DNA of 64,000 nt from Candidatus Omnitrophota bacterium. Lineage in GTDB: Bacteria > Omnitrophota > Gorgyraeia > Gygaellales > Profunditerraquicolaceae. The stretch's first letter is position 1, and the number at the start of each line of letters is the position of its first letter. The notes beneath the pieces were generated by a model that was given only the letters and a program-made list of their open reading frames with translations, did no database searches and had not been told where the DNA came from. The position numbers and the translations under genes are program-made. The stretch is taken from contig JAQTQJ010000007.1 in NCBI GenBank assembly GCA_028712255.1, forward strand, positions 10,425-74,424, written 5' to 3'. Below, in pieces: positions 1 to 9,598 of the stretch.

Positions 1-617
1 TAATAGAGGAGCAATATGTAAACGAAAAAATCTTATCTCTAACTTGTGACATTATAAATAGCCATATAAAAGATTATGATTTGGTTATTGTGATGGATTT
101 TGGACATGGTTTTATGCAGGAGAAAGTACGCGAACTTGTCCAAAAGAAGTCATCGTTTCTTGCCCTTAATTGCCAGACCAATAGTTATAATTACGGTTTT
201 AATATAATCGATAAACAATATCAACGCGTAGATTCATTTTCATTGGATGAGACAGAGTTAACTTTGGCCTGTGGTAAGCGTAATCTTGATTTTTCTGAAG
301 AGTTAAAAAAGTTACAGCTCAGATTATCCGCTGGCTACGGCTGGTTAACCCGTGGCGCCACGGATACGATTGGAATAAAAAGCGGGCATCCGGAATGTGA
401 ATGCATGCCTTTTGAAAAATCTGTAGTTGATGCCGTGGGTGCCGGTGACGCATTTTGTTCCGTAGCTTCTTTGGCGGCTGTAAAAAATTTACCGATAGAA
501 TTAGCTACTTTTATGGGCCAACTTGCGGGAGCGCAGGCGGTGCGCATTATCGGCAATGCGGATTCAATCAAAAAAGATAAATTCTTAAAAGGCGGAATGA
601 CTTTACTTAGTTTCTAA
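1..617 (+). CDS. PfkB-family carbohydrate kinase, 5'-truncated by window edge (RfaE domain I / heptose-7-P kinase-like)
   Basis: The reading frame is open to nt 1 with no upstream stop. The C-terminal 'DAVGAGDAF' matches the PfkB/ribokinase DTxGAGD signature. Confidence 0.6.
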   Translation, partial: IEEQYVNEKILSLTCDIINSHIKDYDLVIVMDFGHGFMQEKVRELVQKKSSFLALNCQTNSYNYGFNIIDKQYQRVDSFSLDETELTLACGKRNLDFSEELKKLQLRLSAGYGWLTRGATDTIGIKSGHPECECMPFEKSVVDAVGAGDAFCSVASLAAVKNLPIELATFMGQLAGAQAVRIIGNADSIKKDKFLKGGMTLLSF

Positions 618-634
618 AGTAAAAAAGGAGGCAT

Positions 635-1576
635 ATGAATATTCTGTTGTTGGGAGGTTGTGGTTTCGTAGGGACAGTTTTAACTCAGGAACTTTTAGCG
701 CAAGGCCATCAAGCCACCGTAGTAGATATTCAATGGTTTGGCAATTATTTGGCTAAGCATAAAAATCTTAAAGTCATTAAAGAAGATATACGTAATGTTG
801 ATAATATTCCGATGCAGGGAATAGACGCGGTTATGCATCTGGCTAATATTGCCAATGATCCTTGCGGTGAATTAAATTCTAAATTGGCATGGGAGGTTAA
901 TGTTTTAGCAACCATGCGTTTAGTGGAGCGGGCGATAGAACATAAGGTAAAACAGTTTATCCTTGCCAGTTCAGGCAGTGTTTACGGAGTCAAGGATGAG
1001 CCGTTGGTTACTGAGGATCTTTCTCTTATTCCGATATCTGATTACAACAAAACCAAAATGATTAGTGAGCGGGTATTAATGAGCTATCAGGATAGAATAT
1101 GTATTCAAATTTTACGCCCGGCAACGGTCTGCGGATATTCTCCACGCATGCGTTTGGATCTTTCTGTAAATATGTTAACTATGCAAGCGTTAGCCAATGG
1201 AAAAATTACCGTATTAGGTGGTAATCAGACTCGCCCGAATATCCATCTGAAAGATATGATTGGAGTTTACCTGCATTTTCTTGGTAAGGGTACCAAGTTA
1301 AATGGTGTCTTTAACGCCGGTTTTGAGAATATTTCTATCATTGATATAGCCAATAAAGTGGTTAAGCATGTTCCCGCTGAGATTATTATCAGCGAATCCA
1401 ATGATCCGCGCTCCTACAGGCTTTGTTCTCAGAAATTACTAGATACAGGTTTTAAGCCAAGGTACTGCGTTGATGATGCTATTAAGGAAATTGCGCTGCA
1501 TTTTAAATCGGGAAATCTTAAAAATGAGGATAAATATTATAACATTAAAACAATGAAGAATCTTAAACTGCAATAG
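635..1576 (+). CDS. NAD-dependent epimerase/dehydratase (extended SDR)
   Basis: N-terminal Rossmann 'LLLGGCGFVGTVL' and a YxxxK motif ('DYNKTK'). An RBS 'aaaggagg' lies at 623-630. Confidence 0.8.
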   Translation: MNILLLGGCGFVGTVLTQELLAQGHQATVVDIQWFGNYLAKHKNLKVIKEDIRNVDNIPMQGIDAVMHLANIANDPCGELNSKLAWEVNVLATMRLVERAIEHKVKQFILASSGSVYGVKDEPLVTEDLSLIPISDYNKTKMISERVLMSYQDRICIQILRPATVCGYSPRMRLDLSVNMLTMQALANGKITVLGGNQTRPNIHLKDMIGVYLHFLGKGTKLNGVFNAGFENISIIDIANKVVKHVPAEIIISESNDPRSYRLCSQKLLDTGFKPRYCVDDAIKEIALHFKSGNLKNEDKYYNIKTMKNLKLQ

Positions 1577-1579
1577 GCC

Positions 1580-2554
1580 ATGAAAATAGATAAGAAAATA
1601 GCTGTTTTTTTATATTATCATATGTTACGCATCCGTATGATAGAGGAGAAAATCGCCCAGCTCTACGCAGAACAACAGATGCGTTGCCCTGTTCATTTAT
1701 GTATTGGTCAGGAGGCAATTGCTGTGGGTGTTTGCGCTAACCTCTTGAAGAAAGATTATCTTTTAAGCAATCATCGTTCACATGGGCATTATCTGGCTAA
1801 GGGTGGTAATTTAAAACAGATGCTCGCCGAAATTTACGGCAAATCTACTGGATGTTCTAAGGGTAAAGGCGGGTCAATGCACTTAGTCGATTTAACGGTA
1901 GGCATATTAGGCACGACTCCTATTGTTGGTGGAATTATACCTGTAGCCACCGGAGTTGCTTTTGGCACGCAGATGAAGGAAAAAGATAATCTAACGGCTG
2001 TCTTTTTTGGGGATGCGGCGACAGAGGAGGGTGTATTTTTTGAGAGTTTAAATTTTGCTTCTTTAAAAAAACTACCGGTACTTTTTATCTGTGAAAATAA
2101 TTTTTTCTCGGTTTATTCTCCTTTAGCTGTGCGCCAACCTAAAGAAAGGGATAATTTAGCTTTAGTTCGATCATTGGGTATTAAGGGCAGTAAAGGTGAT
2201 GGTAATAATGTATTTGAGGTATATGCATTGGCAAAAAAAGCAGTAGCAGATATCCGTAAAGGAAAAGGGCCTTATTTTCTTGAGTTTGATACCTATCGCT
2301 GGAGAGAGCACTGTGGGCCTAATTTCGATAATGATTTAGGGTATAGGACAGAAGAAGATTTTTTAAAATGGAAAAAGAAATGTCCGCTTGATTCATTAGA
2401 AGATAAATTGATCAAAGGCAACATTTTGAGTCTTTCGCGGATTGAAAGTTTTAAGCGAAATATCCAGGCAGAGATAAATCGCGCAATCAGTTTTGCCAAG
2501 AATAGCCCTTATCCGGAAACTGAAGAGATGCTCTCGGATGTGTATGCAAAATAA
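1580..2554 (+). CDS. ThDP-dependent dehydrogenase E1 component alpha subunit-like
   Basis: Carries 'HLCIGQEAIAVGV', 'HRSHGHYLAKGGN' and a ThDP-binding 'GDAATEEGVFFESLNFA' segment typical of pyruvate/acetoin dehydrogenase E1 alpha. Confidence 0.8.
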   Translation: MKIDKKIAVFLYYHMLRIRMIEEKIAQLYAEQQMRCPVHLCIGQEAIAVGVCANLLKKDYLLSNHRSHGHYLAKGGNLKQMLAEIYGKSTGCSKGKGGSMHLVDLTVGILGTTPIVGGIIPVATGVAFGTQMKEKDNLTAVFFGDAATEEGVFFESLNFASLKKLPVLFICENNFFSVYSPLAVRQPKERDNLALVRSLGIKGSKGDGNNVFEVYALAKKAVADIRKGKGPYFLEFDTYRWREHCGPNFDNDLGYRTEEDFLKWKKKCPLDSLEDKLIKGNILSLSRIESFKRNIQAEINRAISFAKNSPYPETEEMLSDVYAK

Positions 2555-2619
2555 GTAAAAATTAGTGTCATTGCGAGGGAGCAAAGCGACCGAAGCAATC
2601 TCTAATCAACTTTTAATCT

Positions 2620-3675
2620 ATGAATAGACAAATAAATTTAGCGCAAGCAGTTCTTGAAGCAACAGCCCAATGTATGCAGGATGATGGCTCAGTTTATATT
2701 ATGGGCCTGGGTGTTACCGACCCTAAAGGGGTTTTTGGAACTACTCTTGGGCTTGAAAAAAAATTCGGCGCAAAAAGAGTTTTGGATATGCCGGTAGCTG
2801 AAAACGGAATGACTGGTATTGCTATTGGCTCTGCTTTAGTTGGAATGCGCCCTATCTTGACTCACCAACGTATTGATTTTATGCTTTTATCCCTGGATCA
2901 GATAATCAATAATGCCGCAAAATGGCACTATATGTTTGGTGGAAAAATGAAGATACCGATAGTGATCCGTTTGTTAGTGGGCCGCGGGTGGGGGCAAGGG
3001 CCGCAGCATTCGCAAAGCCTGCAGGCGCTTTTTGCGCATATTCCGGGTTTAAAAGTAGTTATGCCGGCAACTCCCTATGATGCTAAAGGTTTATTGGTTT
3101 CTGCCGTTGAGGATAATAATCCGGTTATTTTTATTGAACATCGCTGGCTGCATAATACTTTGGGTAATGTCCCTTTAGAAAAATACAGGATTCCTTTAGG
3201 CAAGGCAAAAGTTGTAAAGGAGGGCAAGGATCTGACGATTATTTCTTCATCCTATACGACATTAGAAGCAATAAAGGTAGCTGAACTGTTTAAAAATGAA
3301 GGTATAAATATTGAAGTTGTAGATCTAAGGACAATTAAACCGCTGGACGAACTTACGATTATAAAATCGGTGAAGAAAACCAGAAGGTTAATTGTAATTG
3401 ATAGTGCCTGGAGGAGCTTTTCTGTTGCCTCAGAGATATTGGCACAGGTTGCAGAAAAAGCGTATCAGTCTCTCAAGTGTGCGCCAGTACGCATTACCTT
3501 TCCGGATGCTCCGACTCCGACCGGCTGGGCATTGTCTAATCATTATTATCCTCAGATTGAGGATATAATAAATACTGTTAAAAAAATGTTAAAAATTAAT
3601 AAACCACAACGATCAGAGAAAGTTTTAGATAAACCCTTGGACGTTCCTGATGCGACTTTTAAGGGGCCTTTTTAA
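2620..3675 (+). CDS. ThDP-dependent dehydrogenase E1 component beta subunit-like (transketolase pyrimidine-binding and C-terminal domains)
   Basis: 'GIAIGSALVGMRPI' and overall E1-beta/transketolase-C architecture. It lies directly downstream of the E1 alpha-like gene. Confidence 0.8.
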   Translation: MNRQINLAQAVLEATAQCMQDDGSVYIMGLGVTDPKGVFGTTLGLEKKFGAKRVLDMPVAENGMTGIAIGSALVGMRPILTHQRIDFMLLSLDQIINNAAKWHYMFGGKMKIPIVIRLLVGRGWGQGPQHSQSLQALFAHIPGLKVVMPATPYDAKGLLVSAVEDNNPVIFIEHRWLHNTLGNVPLEKYRIPLGKAKVVKEGKDLTIISSSYTTLEAIKVAELFKNEGINIEVVDLRTIKPLDELTIIKSVKKTRRLIVIDSAWRSFSVASEILAQVAEKAYQSLKCAPVRITFPDAPTPTGWALSNHYYPQIEDIINTVKKMLKINKPQRSEKVLDKPLDVPDATFKGPF

Positions 3676-3678
3676 ATT

Positions 3679-5169
3679 ATGTTAATTAAGCCTAAACAAA
3701 TAAAGAAGATACTTTTAACTCAGCCTAATTATGCCTGGCTTTCTAAGAGGACCTGGCAATTTCCTCCCTATACTTTGTGCTTGTTGAAAGCGATTATTAA
3801 AGATCAGACTAAGGTGGTAGTATTTGATCCAAATTTTAAGAATTTGTCTGAACAGGAAGCAAGGGCTTTTCTACAAAAAACCAAGCCCGATTTGGTCGGA
3901 GTAAGCTCGATTTCAACGGAATATTTTAATGTTACCCGGCATACGATAGCCCTTATTCGTAAGTGCCTACCGAAAGCTGTAATTGTTTTAGGTGGTGTAA
4001 TTCCTACGGTTATGATTCAAGAAGCGATGAAAGATAAAAATATTGATTATTGGATTATGGGAGAAGGAGAGCAATCATTTCCGTCTTTGATTGAGAAAAT
4101 ACGCTCAGACTCTAAAGATCTTACCGGTATTAGCGGCCTGGCGTATTGGCAGGGAAATAAGCCAGTCATCAATAAAGTGGAATTTATTACTGATCTTGAC
4201 GCAATTCCTTTTCCTGATTATTCGGCTGTCGTTGGCGCCTCCCTGCAGGATTATGGCAATATCAAATTTAAATATGCTCCGGGGCTCCTGGCGCGTAATT
4301 ACCCTGCGGCAGTTACGATTACTTCCAGAGGCTGTCCTTACAGGTGCATATTTTGCGCAGGAAGGACTGTAAGCGGCCAGAAAGTGCGCTTTAGAAGCGC
4401 GGAAAATGTGCTTAAAGAAGTTGATAGTTTATATAAACAGGGAATTCGGGAAGTTATTTTCTTAGACGACCATTTTTTAGCCAATCGAGGCCGGGCAATG
4501 AAAATAATGAATGGTATCTTAAATAACTATAAAGGCTTTAGCTGGAAGTGCGTTAATGTCACTGCCTGGCTGTTGGATGAAGAAATCTTAAATCTCATGT
4601 ATAAAAGCGGCTGCACGCATATAACTGTTTCTATTGAATCCGGGAATCAGGATGTGCTTACGAATATTGTCAAAAAACCGATCAGGCTGGATATTATTCC
4701 GGAAAAACTAACCTTGGCTAGGTCAATTGGTTTTGATGTAATTGCAAATTTTGTTATCGGTTTTCCGGGGGAAACCTGGGAGCAGATTCGGGATACATTT
4801 AAATATGCCCAGAAGCTTAATGTCGATATGGTAAATTTTCATATTGCTACTCCATTACCGAAAACCGAATTAATGGATGTTTGTTTAGAGAATAAATTAT
4901 TACCCGATGACTATGTAAAAAATATTTCTAAATATTCCGGTTACGGGAAAGGGTTAATTACAACTAAAGAATTTACTCCTTTTGAACTGGAAGTTTTGAG
5001 GTCTTTTGAATGGGACAGGATAAATTTCTCATCTCCTGAAAGAAGGGAAAAAATTGCCAGGATGCATGGGATAACTATGGAAGAATTAGGAGATTGGCGG
5101 ATAAATACAAGGCGTAACCTTGGCGTAAACAGCAAGGTTAAGAACATAATGTCGGCTGCAAAAAGATAG
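3679..5169 (+). CDS. B12-binding domain radical SAM enzyme
   Basis: N-terminal cobalamin-binding-like Rossmann region ('VGVSSIST', 'VLGGVIPT'). Radical SAM CxxxCxxC motif 'SRGCPYRCIFC'. Confidence 0.85.
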   Translation: MLIKPKQIKKILLTQPNYAWLSKRTWQFPPYTLCLLKAIIKDQTKVVVFDPNFKNLSEQEARAFLQKTKPDLVGVSSISTEYFNVTRHTIALIRKCLPKAVIVLGGVIPTVMIQEAMKDKNIDYWIMGEGEQSFPSLIEKIRSDSKDLTGISGLAYWQGNKPVINKVEFITDLDAIPFPDYSAVVGASLQDYGNIKFKYAPGLLARNYPAAVTITSRGCPYRCIFCAGRTVSGQKVRFRSAENVLKEVDSLYKQGIREVIFLDDHFLANRGRAMKIMNGILNNYKGFSWKCVNVTAWLLDEEILNLMYKSGCTHITVSIESGNQDVLTNIVKKPIRLDIIPEKLTLARSIGFDVIANFVIGFPGETWEQIRDTFKYAQKLNVDMVNFHIATPLPKTELMDVCLENKLLPDDYVKNISKYSGYGKGLITTKEFTPFELEVLRSFEWDRINFSSPERREKIARMHGITMEELGDWRINTRRNLGVNSKVKNIMSAAKR

Positions 5170-5172
5170 AAT

Positions 5173-6012
5173 ATGGAGAGAAAAAAAGAAGTTAAAAAGA
5201 ATGTTTTTATCCTAGGAATAGGCTCAGATATAGGAGCTCAGCTGGCATTGCGTTATCTGAATCAGGGATATGCTGTTATGGGAACTTATAGGCACAGGGG
5301 CAGCGTAAGGAGCCTGGCGCAAAAAGGTATTTGTCTTTTTCAGTGTGATGTCGCAAAAAAGCCAGAGATAAAAGAATGTATTAATAAAATTAAGAAAACA
5401 GCTAAGCCTTGGGATATTTTTATTTCTTGTGTAGGGACAATGGAGCCTATTGGTAAATTTTTTGATGTTAATTTTAATGAATGGGAAAATTCTATAATTG
5501 TTAATTCCACATCGCAACTGCGTTTTCTTCATGAATTATATCCTTATAGGCGTAAAAATACCTTAAATCATGTTGTGTTTTTCGCAGGAGGCGGAACGAA
5601 CAATCCTTTTACCAATTATTCGGCTTATTGTGTTTCAAAAATTATGCTGATTAAGATGTGCGAACTTCTGGATGATGAAAATAATGACCTACATACGTTT
5701 ATCGTTGGACCGGGAGTAGTAAAGACCAAGATCCATGCAGAGACGCTGCGGAATCGCTTGGCAGCCGGATCTAATTACAGCCGGACAAAACAATTTTTAA
5801 AATCGAATATCCTGGGAACTGACTATAAGGATATCTTTGACTGCATTAATTGGTGTATTGATCAGGGCCGTGAAGTTTCCGGAGGCCGCAATTTTTCTGT
5901 TGTTCACGATGCCTGGAAGAAGAGAGGGGAATCTTTTGTGCGACAGCTACGAGCTGATTCCAATAAATTTAAATTAAGAAGATTTAAGAACAGTAATAAT
6001 AAAGGAGGATAA
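5173..6012 (+). CDS. Short-chain dehydrogenase/reductase family protein
   Basis: 'ILGIGSDIGAQLA' glycine-rich motif and a YxxxK motif ('YCVSK'). Confidence 0.6.
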   Translation: MERKKEVKKNVFILGIGSDIGAQLALRYLNQGYAVMGTYRHRGSVRSLAQKGICLFQCDVAKKPEIKECINKIKKTAKPWDIFISCVGTMEPIGKFFDVNFNEWENSIIVNSTSQLRFLHELYPYRRKNTLNHVVFFAGGGTNNPFTNYSAYCVSKIMLIKMCELLDDENNDLHTFIVGPGVVKTKIHAETLRNRLAAGSNYSRTKQFLKSNILGTDYKDIFDCINWCIDQGREVSGGRNFSVVHDAWKKRGESFVRQLRADSNKFKLRRFKNSNNKGG

Positions 6013-6013
6013 A

Positions 6014-6715
6014 GTGAAAAGTAGTAAAGTTAATAAATCAGCTAAAAAACTCTATAAAGAAGGAACAGGATACCAGTTTGATACCCAGGAGCTAAGGTTG
6101 GGACCCTGGACATCATACAGTTTGATTAATGACCCAAAGCATATGTGTTTTGTACTCTCTAGATATAAATTCTGCGCGAAAATTTTAGAAGGTAAAAATA
6201 CTGTTATGGAGATAGGCTCAGGAGATGGTTTTGGCTTGCCGATTATAGCTCAGGCAGTAAAAAAGATATACGCAGTGGACTGGGATAAACGTTTACTCGA
6301 GGGTAATGCTGGACGTCTCAAACACTTAAAGAATGTAGAATATCTACATGTGGATTTTAATAAAGAATCTCCCAGCATTAAGGTGGATGGAATATACCTT
6401 ATTGATGTAATTGAGCATTTAGACAAAAAAACTGAAAAAGTATTTTTGGATAACATCGCAAAATGCCTTAAGCCCACGGGAGTTTTAATTATTGGTACGC
6501 CTAACGTAACTGCTTCTGAGTATGCTACTCCTAGAAGTAGCATACAACATATTAATTTAAAAAGTAATAAAACTTTGCGAGAACTAATGGAGAAGTATTT
6601 TGAGAATGTATTTATGTTTGGAATGAATGATGAGGTTTTACATACCGGTTATGCTCCGATGTGCCATTATCTCTGGGCAGTGGGAGCAGGTTTACGTTTA
6701 AAAACAGGAAAATAA
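6014..6715 (+). CDS. Class I SAM-dependent methyltransferase
   Basis: GTG start preceded by RBS 'aaaggagga'. Motif I 'VMEIGSGDGFG'. Confidence 0.7.
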   Translation: MKSSKVNKSAKKLYKEGTGYQFDTQELRLGPWTSYSLINDPKHMCFVLSRYKFCAKILEGKNTVMEIGSGDGFGLPIIAQAVKKIYAVDWDKRLLEGNAGRLKHLKNVEYLHVDFNKESPSIKVDGIYLIDVIEHLDKKTEKVFLDNIAKCLKPTGVLIIGTPNVTASEYATPRSSIQHINLKSNKTLRELMEKYFENVFMFGMNDEVLHTGYAPMCHYLWAVGAGLRLKTGK

Positions 6716-6717
6716 CG

Positions 6718-8499
6718 ATGAAGCTTTCGGATTATGTAGCCAAATTTTTGGTAGGACAAGGCATAAAACATGTATTTGTTATTACCGGCGGAGCATCTGC
6801 GCACCTGATTGATTCTATTGCTAAGACTCCTGGGATAAAATATATTTGTCCGCAGCATGAACAAGCAGGGGCAATGGCTGCCGATGCCTATGCTAGAGTT
6901 ACTGGAAAATTAGGAGTGGCAATAGCCACCAGCGGACCGGGTGCCACCAATATGCTTACCGGGGTCTGTTGTTCATTCTATGATTCGATTCCGACGCTCT
7001 ATATCACTGGACAGGTTTCAACCTTTCGTTCAAAAGGAAATGCCGGAATAAGGCAGTTGGGTTTTCAGGAAACAGATGTTACTGCAATATTTAGGCCTAT
7101 CACTAAATATGCCGTAAGAATCAGGGATCCTAAAGAGATCAGGTATGAATTTGAAAAAGCTGTTCATATTGCGCATTCAGGAAGGCCGGGGCCAGTATTA
7201 ATAGATATACCCGATAATTTACAAAGAATGGATGTCCAACCAAGATTATTAAAACCATTTATACCTGAAGATGGTAGAAATGATTCTCGTCGTTTGGATT
7301 CGCAGGTAATAAAGTGCATAGATTTACTTCGGCATGCAAAGAGGCCGGTTGTTATTCTTGGTTGGGGGATAAATCTTTCCGGCGCAGAAAAAGAAGTTTT
7401 AAAATTTGTGGAGAAGTCAGGATTACCGGTAGCGCCTACCTGGGGCCTAAGATATCTATTTCCGGCTAGCCATCCGCAATTAATCGGCGCATTCGGTACT
7501 CACGGCACACGTTACGGTAATTTTGCGGTACAAAATGCCGACTTTATTTTATCTATCGGGGCGCGCCTGGATACCCGTCAGGCAGGTTCACCTCACTGGA
7601 CATTTGCCAGAGGTGCTAAAAGGATAGTTGTTGATATCGATCCTTGCGAGCTGAAGAAATTTAAGAAATTAAAAATGAAAATAGATTTGGAAGTCAATGC
7701 GGATGCCAAGGATTTTCTAGAGCTGCTTAACCGTAAAATTACCGGTATAAAACTCCCCCAGATATCGGCTTGGCAGAAGAAAATTGCTCAATGGAAAGAA
7801 AAATTTCCTGTTTTCAGGAAGGAATATTTTAAAGAGAGCGGTGTAAATCCGTATGTTTTCATAAAAATGCTTTCCGACCAGGCTTTACCGGGAGATGTTA
7901 TTTTTGCTGATACTGGTTGTAGTCTAGCTTGGGTTTTGCAGTCTTTTGAATTCAAAAAAGGGCAGAAGCTTTTTAGCGCTTTTAACAACACGCCGATGGG
8001 ATATTCTTTACCGGCAAGTATCGGCGCCTCTTTTGCCATTAATAAAAAACCCGTGATCTGTGTAACCGGAGACGGTGGTTTACAGATGAATATTCAGGAG
8101 CTCATAACGGCTCTAAAGCATAAACTCCCAATAAAAATCTTTCTTTTTAATAATCACGGTTATGGCATGATTCGTCAAACTCAAGACCAGTGGTTTTGTT
8201 CGCGATATGAGGCCTCTACCATAGAAAGCGGGCTAGCTTTCCCGGATTTTATTAAGGTAGCCAAAGCCTACGGTTATAAAACAGTTAATATATTAAAAGC
8301 AAAAGATATGCATAAAGGTATTAGTGAAACTCTGCATTCAAAAGGCCCTGTTTTGTGTAATATCGAGATGCACTTAGGCCATAGCGTAATTCCACAGGTT
8401 AAATTCGGAAGGGCCCTGGAAGATGGGGAGCCTTTGTTGGAAAGAAAGCATTTTTTTGAATGTATGATTGTTAAGCCGCATAAAGCATCGCTTAAATAG
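6718..8499 (+). CDS. ThDP-dependent acetolactate-synthase-large-subunit-like enzyme (YerE-like candidate)
   Basis: N-terminal 'ITGGASAHLIDSI' pyrimidine domain and the ThDP GDG...N motif 'VTGDGGLQMNIQEL'. ATG 6718 is chosen over the upstream in-frame extension from 6661, which would overlap the previous gene. Confidence 0.8.
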   Translation: MKLSDYVAKFLVGQGIKHVFVITGGASAHLIDSIAKTPGIKYICPQHEQAGAMAADAYARVTGKLGVAIATSGPGATNMLTGVCCSFYDSIPTLYITGQVSTFRSKGNAGIRQLGFQETDVTAIFRPITKYAVRIRDPKEIRYEFEKAVHIAHSGRPGPVLIDIPDNLQRMDVQPRLLKPFIPEDGRNDSRRLDSQVIKCIDLLRHAKRPVVILGWGINLSGAEKEVLKFVEKSGLPVAPTWGLRYLFPASHPQLIGAFGTHGTRYGNFAVQNADFILSIGARLDTRQAGSPHWTFARGAKRIVVDIDPCELKKFKKLKMKIDLEVNADAKDFLELLNRKITGIKLPQISAWQKKIAQWKEKFPVFRKEYFKESGVNPYVFIKMLSDQALPGDVIFADTGCSLAWVLQSFEFKKGQKLFSAFNNTPMGYSLPASIGASFAINKKPVICVTGDGGLQMNIQELITALKHKLPIKIFLFNNHGYGMIRQTQDQWFCSRYEASTIESGLAFPDFIKVAKAYGYKTVNILKAKDMHKGISETLHSKGPVLCNIEMHLGHSVIPQVKFGRALEDGEPLLERKHFFECMIVKPHKASLK

Positions 8500-8508
8500 G
8501 AGGAATAG

Positions 8509-9168
8509 TTGAAAAGAGAAATAAACCTATTAGATTCACATCCTAAAACTGTCCGTGATTATGATAAGCGCGCCAAAGAAAAAACTCCGGAAATTGTTGC
8601 TATAGCTAAGCAATTTGGAAAGGATTTTTTTGATGGTGATAGGAAGTGCGGTTATGGCGGGTATAAATATGATGGGCGCTGGAAATCGGTAGTAAAAAGA
8701 TTCAAAGATTATTATCACTTGGCAGATAACTGTGCAATCCTGGATATTGGATGCGGGAAAGGTTTTATGCTTGCTGATTTTAAAGAACTTATGCCGCAGG
8801 CAACTATTGCCGGAATAGATGTTAGTGAATACGCAATTGAAAACGCTATGCCGCAAGTAAAACCGTATTTAGAGATCGCTAGCGCTGAGAAGTTACCGTA
8901 TCCTGACAAATCTTTCGATCTGGTTATTTCTATTAACTCGATTCATAATCTTCCACTTCAGCGGCTTAAAATTGCTTTAAAGGAGATTCAGCGTGTCTGT
9001 CGCGGGGATAGTTATATCACTATCGATGCCTGGCGTAATGAAATGGAACGCGATAATTTATTTAAATGGGTGCTTACTGCTGAAACGATGATGCATGTTG
9101 ATGATTGGAAAAAGCTGTTTTTAGAAACTGGTTATACCGGTGACTACTGGTGGTTTATTGCAGATTGA
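8509..9168 (+). CDS. Class I SAM-dependent methyltransferase
   Basis: TTG start after RBS 'aggagg'. Motif I 'ILDIGCGKGF'. Confidence 0.7.
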   Translation: MKREINLLDSHPKTVRDYDKRAKEKTPEIVAIAKQFGKDFFDGDRKCGYGGYKYDGRWKSVVKRFKDYYHLADNCAILDIGCGKGFMLADFKELMPQATIAGIDVSEYAIENAMPQVKPYLEIASAEKLPYPDKSFDLVISINSIHNLPLQRLKIALKEIQRVCRGDSYITIDAWRNEMERDNLFKWVLTAETMMHVDDWKKLFLETGYTGDYWWFIAD

Positions 9169-9578
9169 AGAAGCCTGATGTTGAGACAGCGCACGCTATC
9201 TTATTGCTTTCGGGTAAGTATGTTATGCAATTGCGCGATGATAAACCGGGTATAGCTGCTCCAGGCCAATGGTCCCTCTTTGGAGGTAAGATTAACCTTG
9301 GGGAGACTCCTTTAGCAGCAGTTAAGCGGGAGCTTTTTGAAGAGCTTTTAATTCAGCCGGAGTTTAAGTTTTTCCAGCGTGCGGATTATTATTATGATTT
9401 TGTGAAGGGTAATGTCAGGACATGGTTTTTTGTATCAAATATTGATACTGTTTGGGATGCTCATAAACTTAGAGAAGGTAAGGCCGTAGATATTTTTTCT
9501 TTTGCTGAGCTTGAAAAATTAGATATTCCTGATGTTATAAGGCAAGCTTTAAATCGGTACAATTCTAAAAAGAAATAG
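9150..9578 (+). CDS. Nudix hydrolase
   Basis: Nudix box 'GGKINLGETPLAAVKRELFEELLIQ'. Start is uncertain (GTG 9150 or TTG 9165). Confidence 0.7.
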   Translation: MVYCRLKKPDVETAHAILLLSGKYVMQLRDDKPGIAAPGQWSLFGGKINLGETPLAAVKRELFEELLIQPEFKFFQRADYYYDFVKGNVRTWFFVSNIDTVWDAHKLREGKAVDIFSFAELEKLDIPDVIRQALNRYNSKKK

Positions 9579-9598
9579 GCTCAAACTTTTAGGCGCGG

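Noticed and set aside
2555-2619. Intergenic segment 'gtcattgcgagggagcaaagcgaccgaagcaatc' examined as a possible structured RNA or terminator.
   Set aside because: Only a weak, imperfect inverted repeat (cattgc...gcaatc) with no T-tract is present. Evidence is insufficient for a terminator or riboswitch call.
4091-4372. 93-aa alternative-frame ORF on the + strand.
   Set aside because: It is embedded in the radical SAM gene 3679-5169 and overlaps its CxxxCxxC core. It is spurious.
6661-6717. Upstream in-frame extension of the ThDP enzyme (start at 6661).
   Set aside because: It would overlap the preceding methyltransferase by 55 nt. The conserved ThDP-enzyme N-terminus begins at ATG 6718, directly after the upstream stop.
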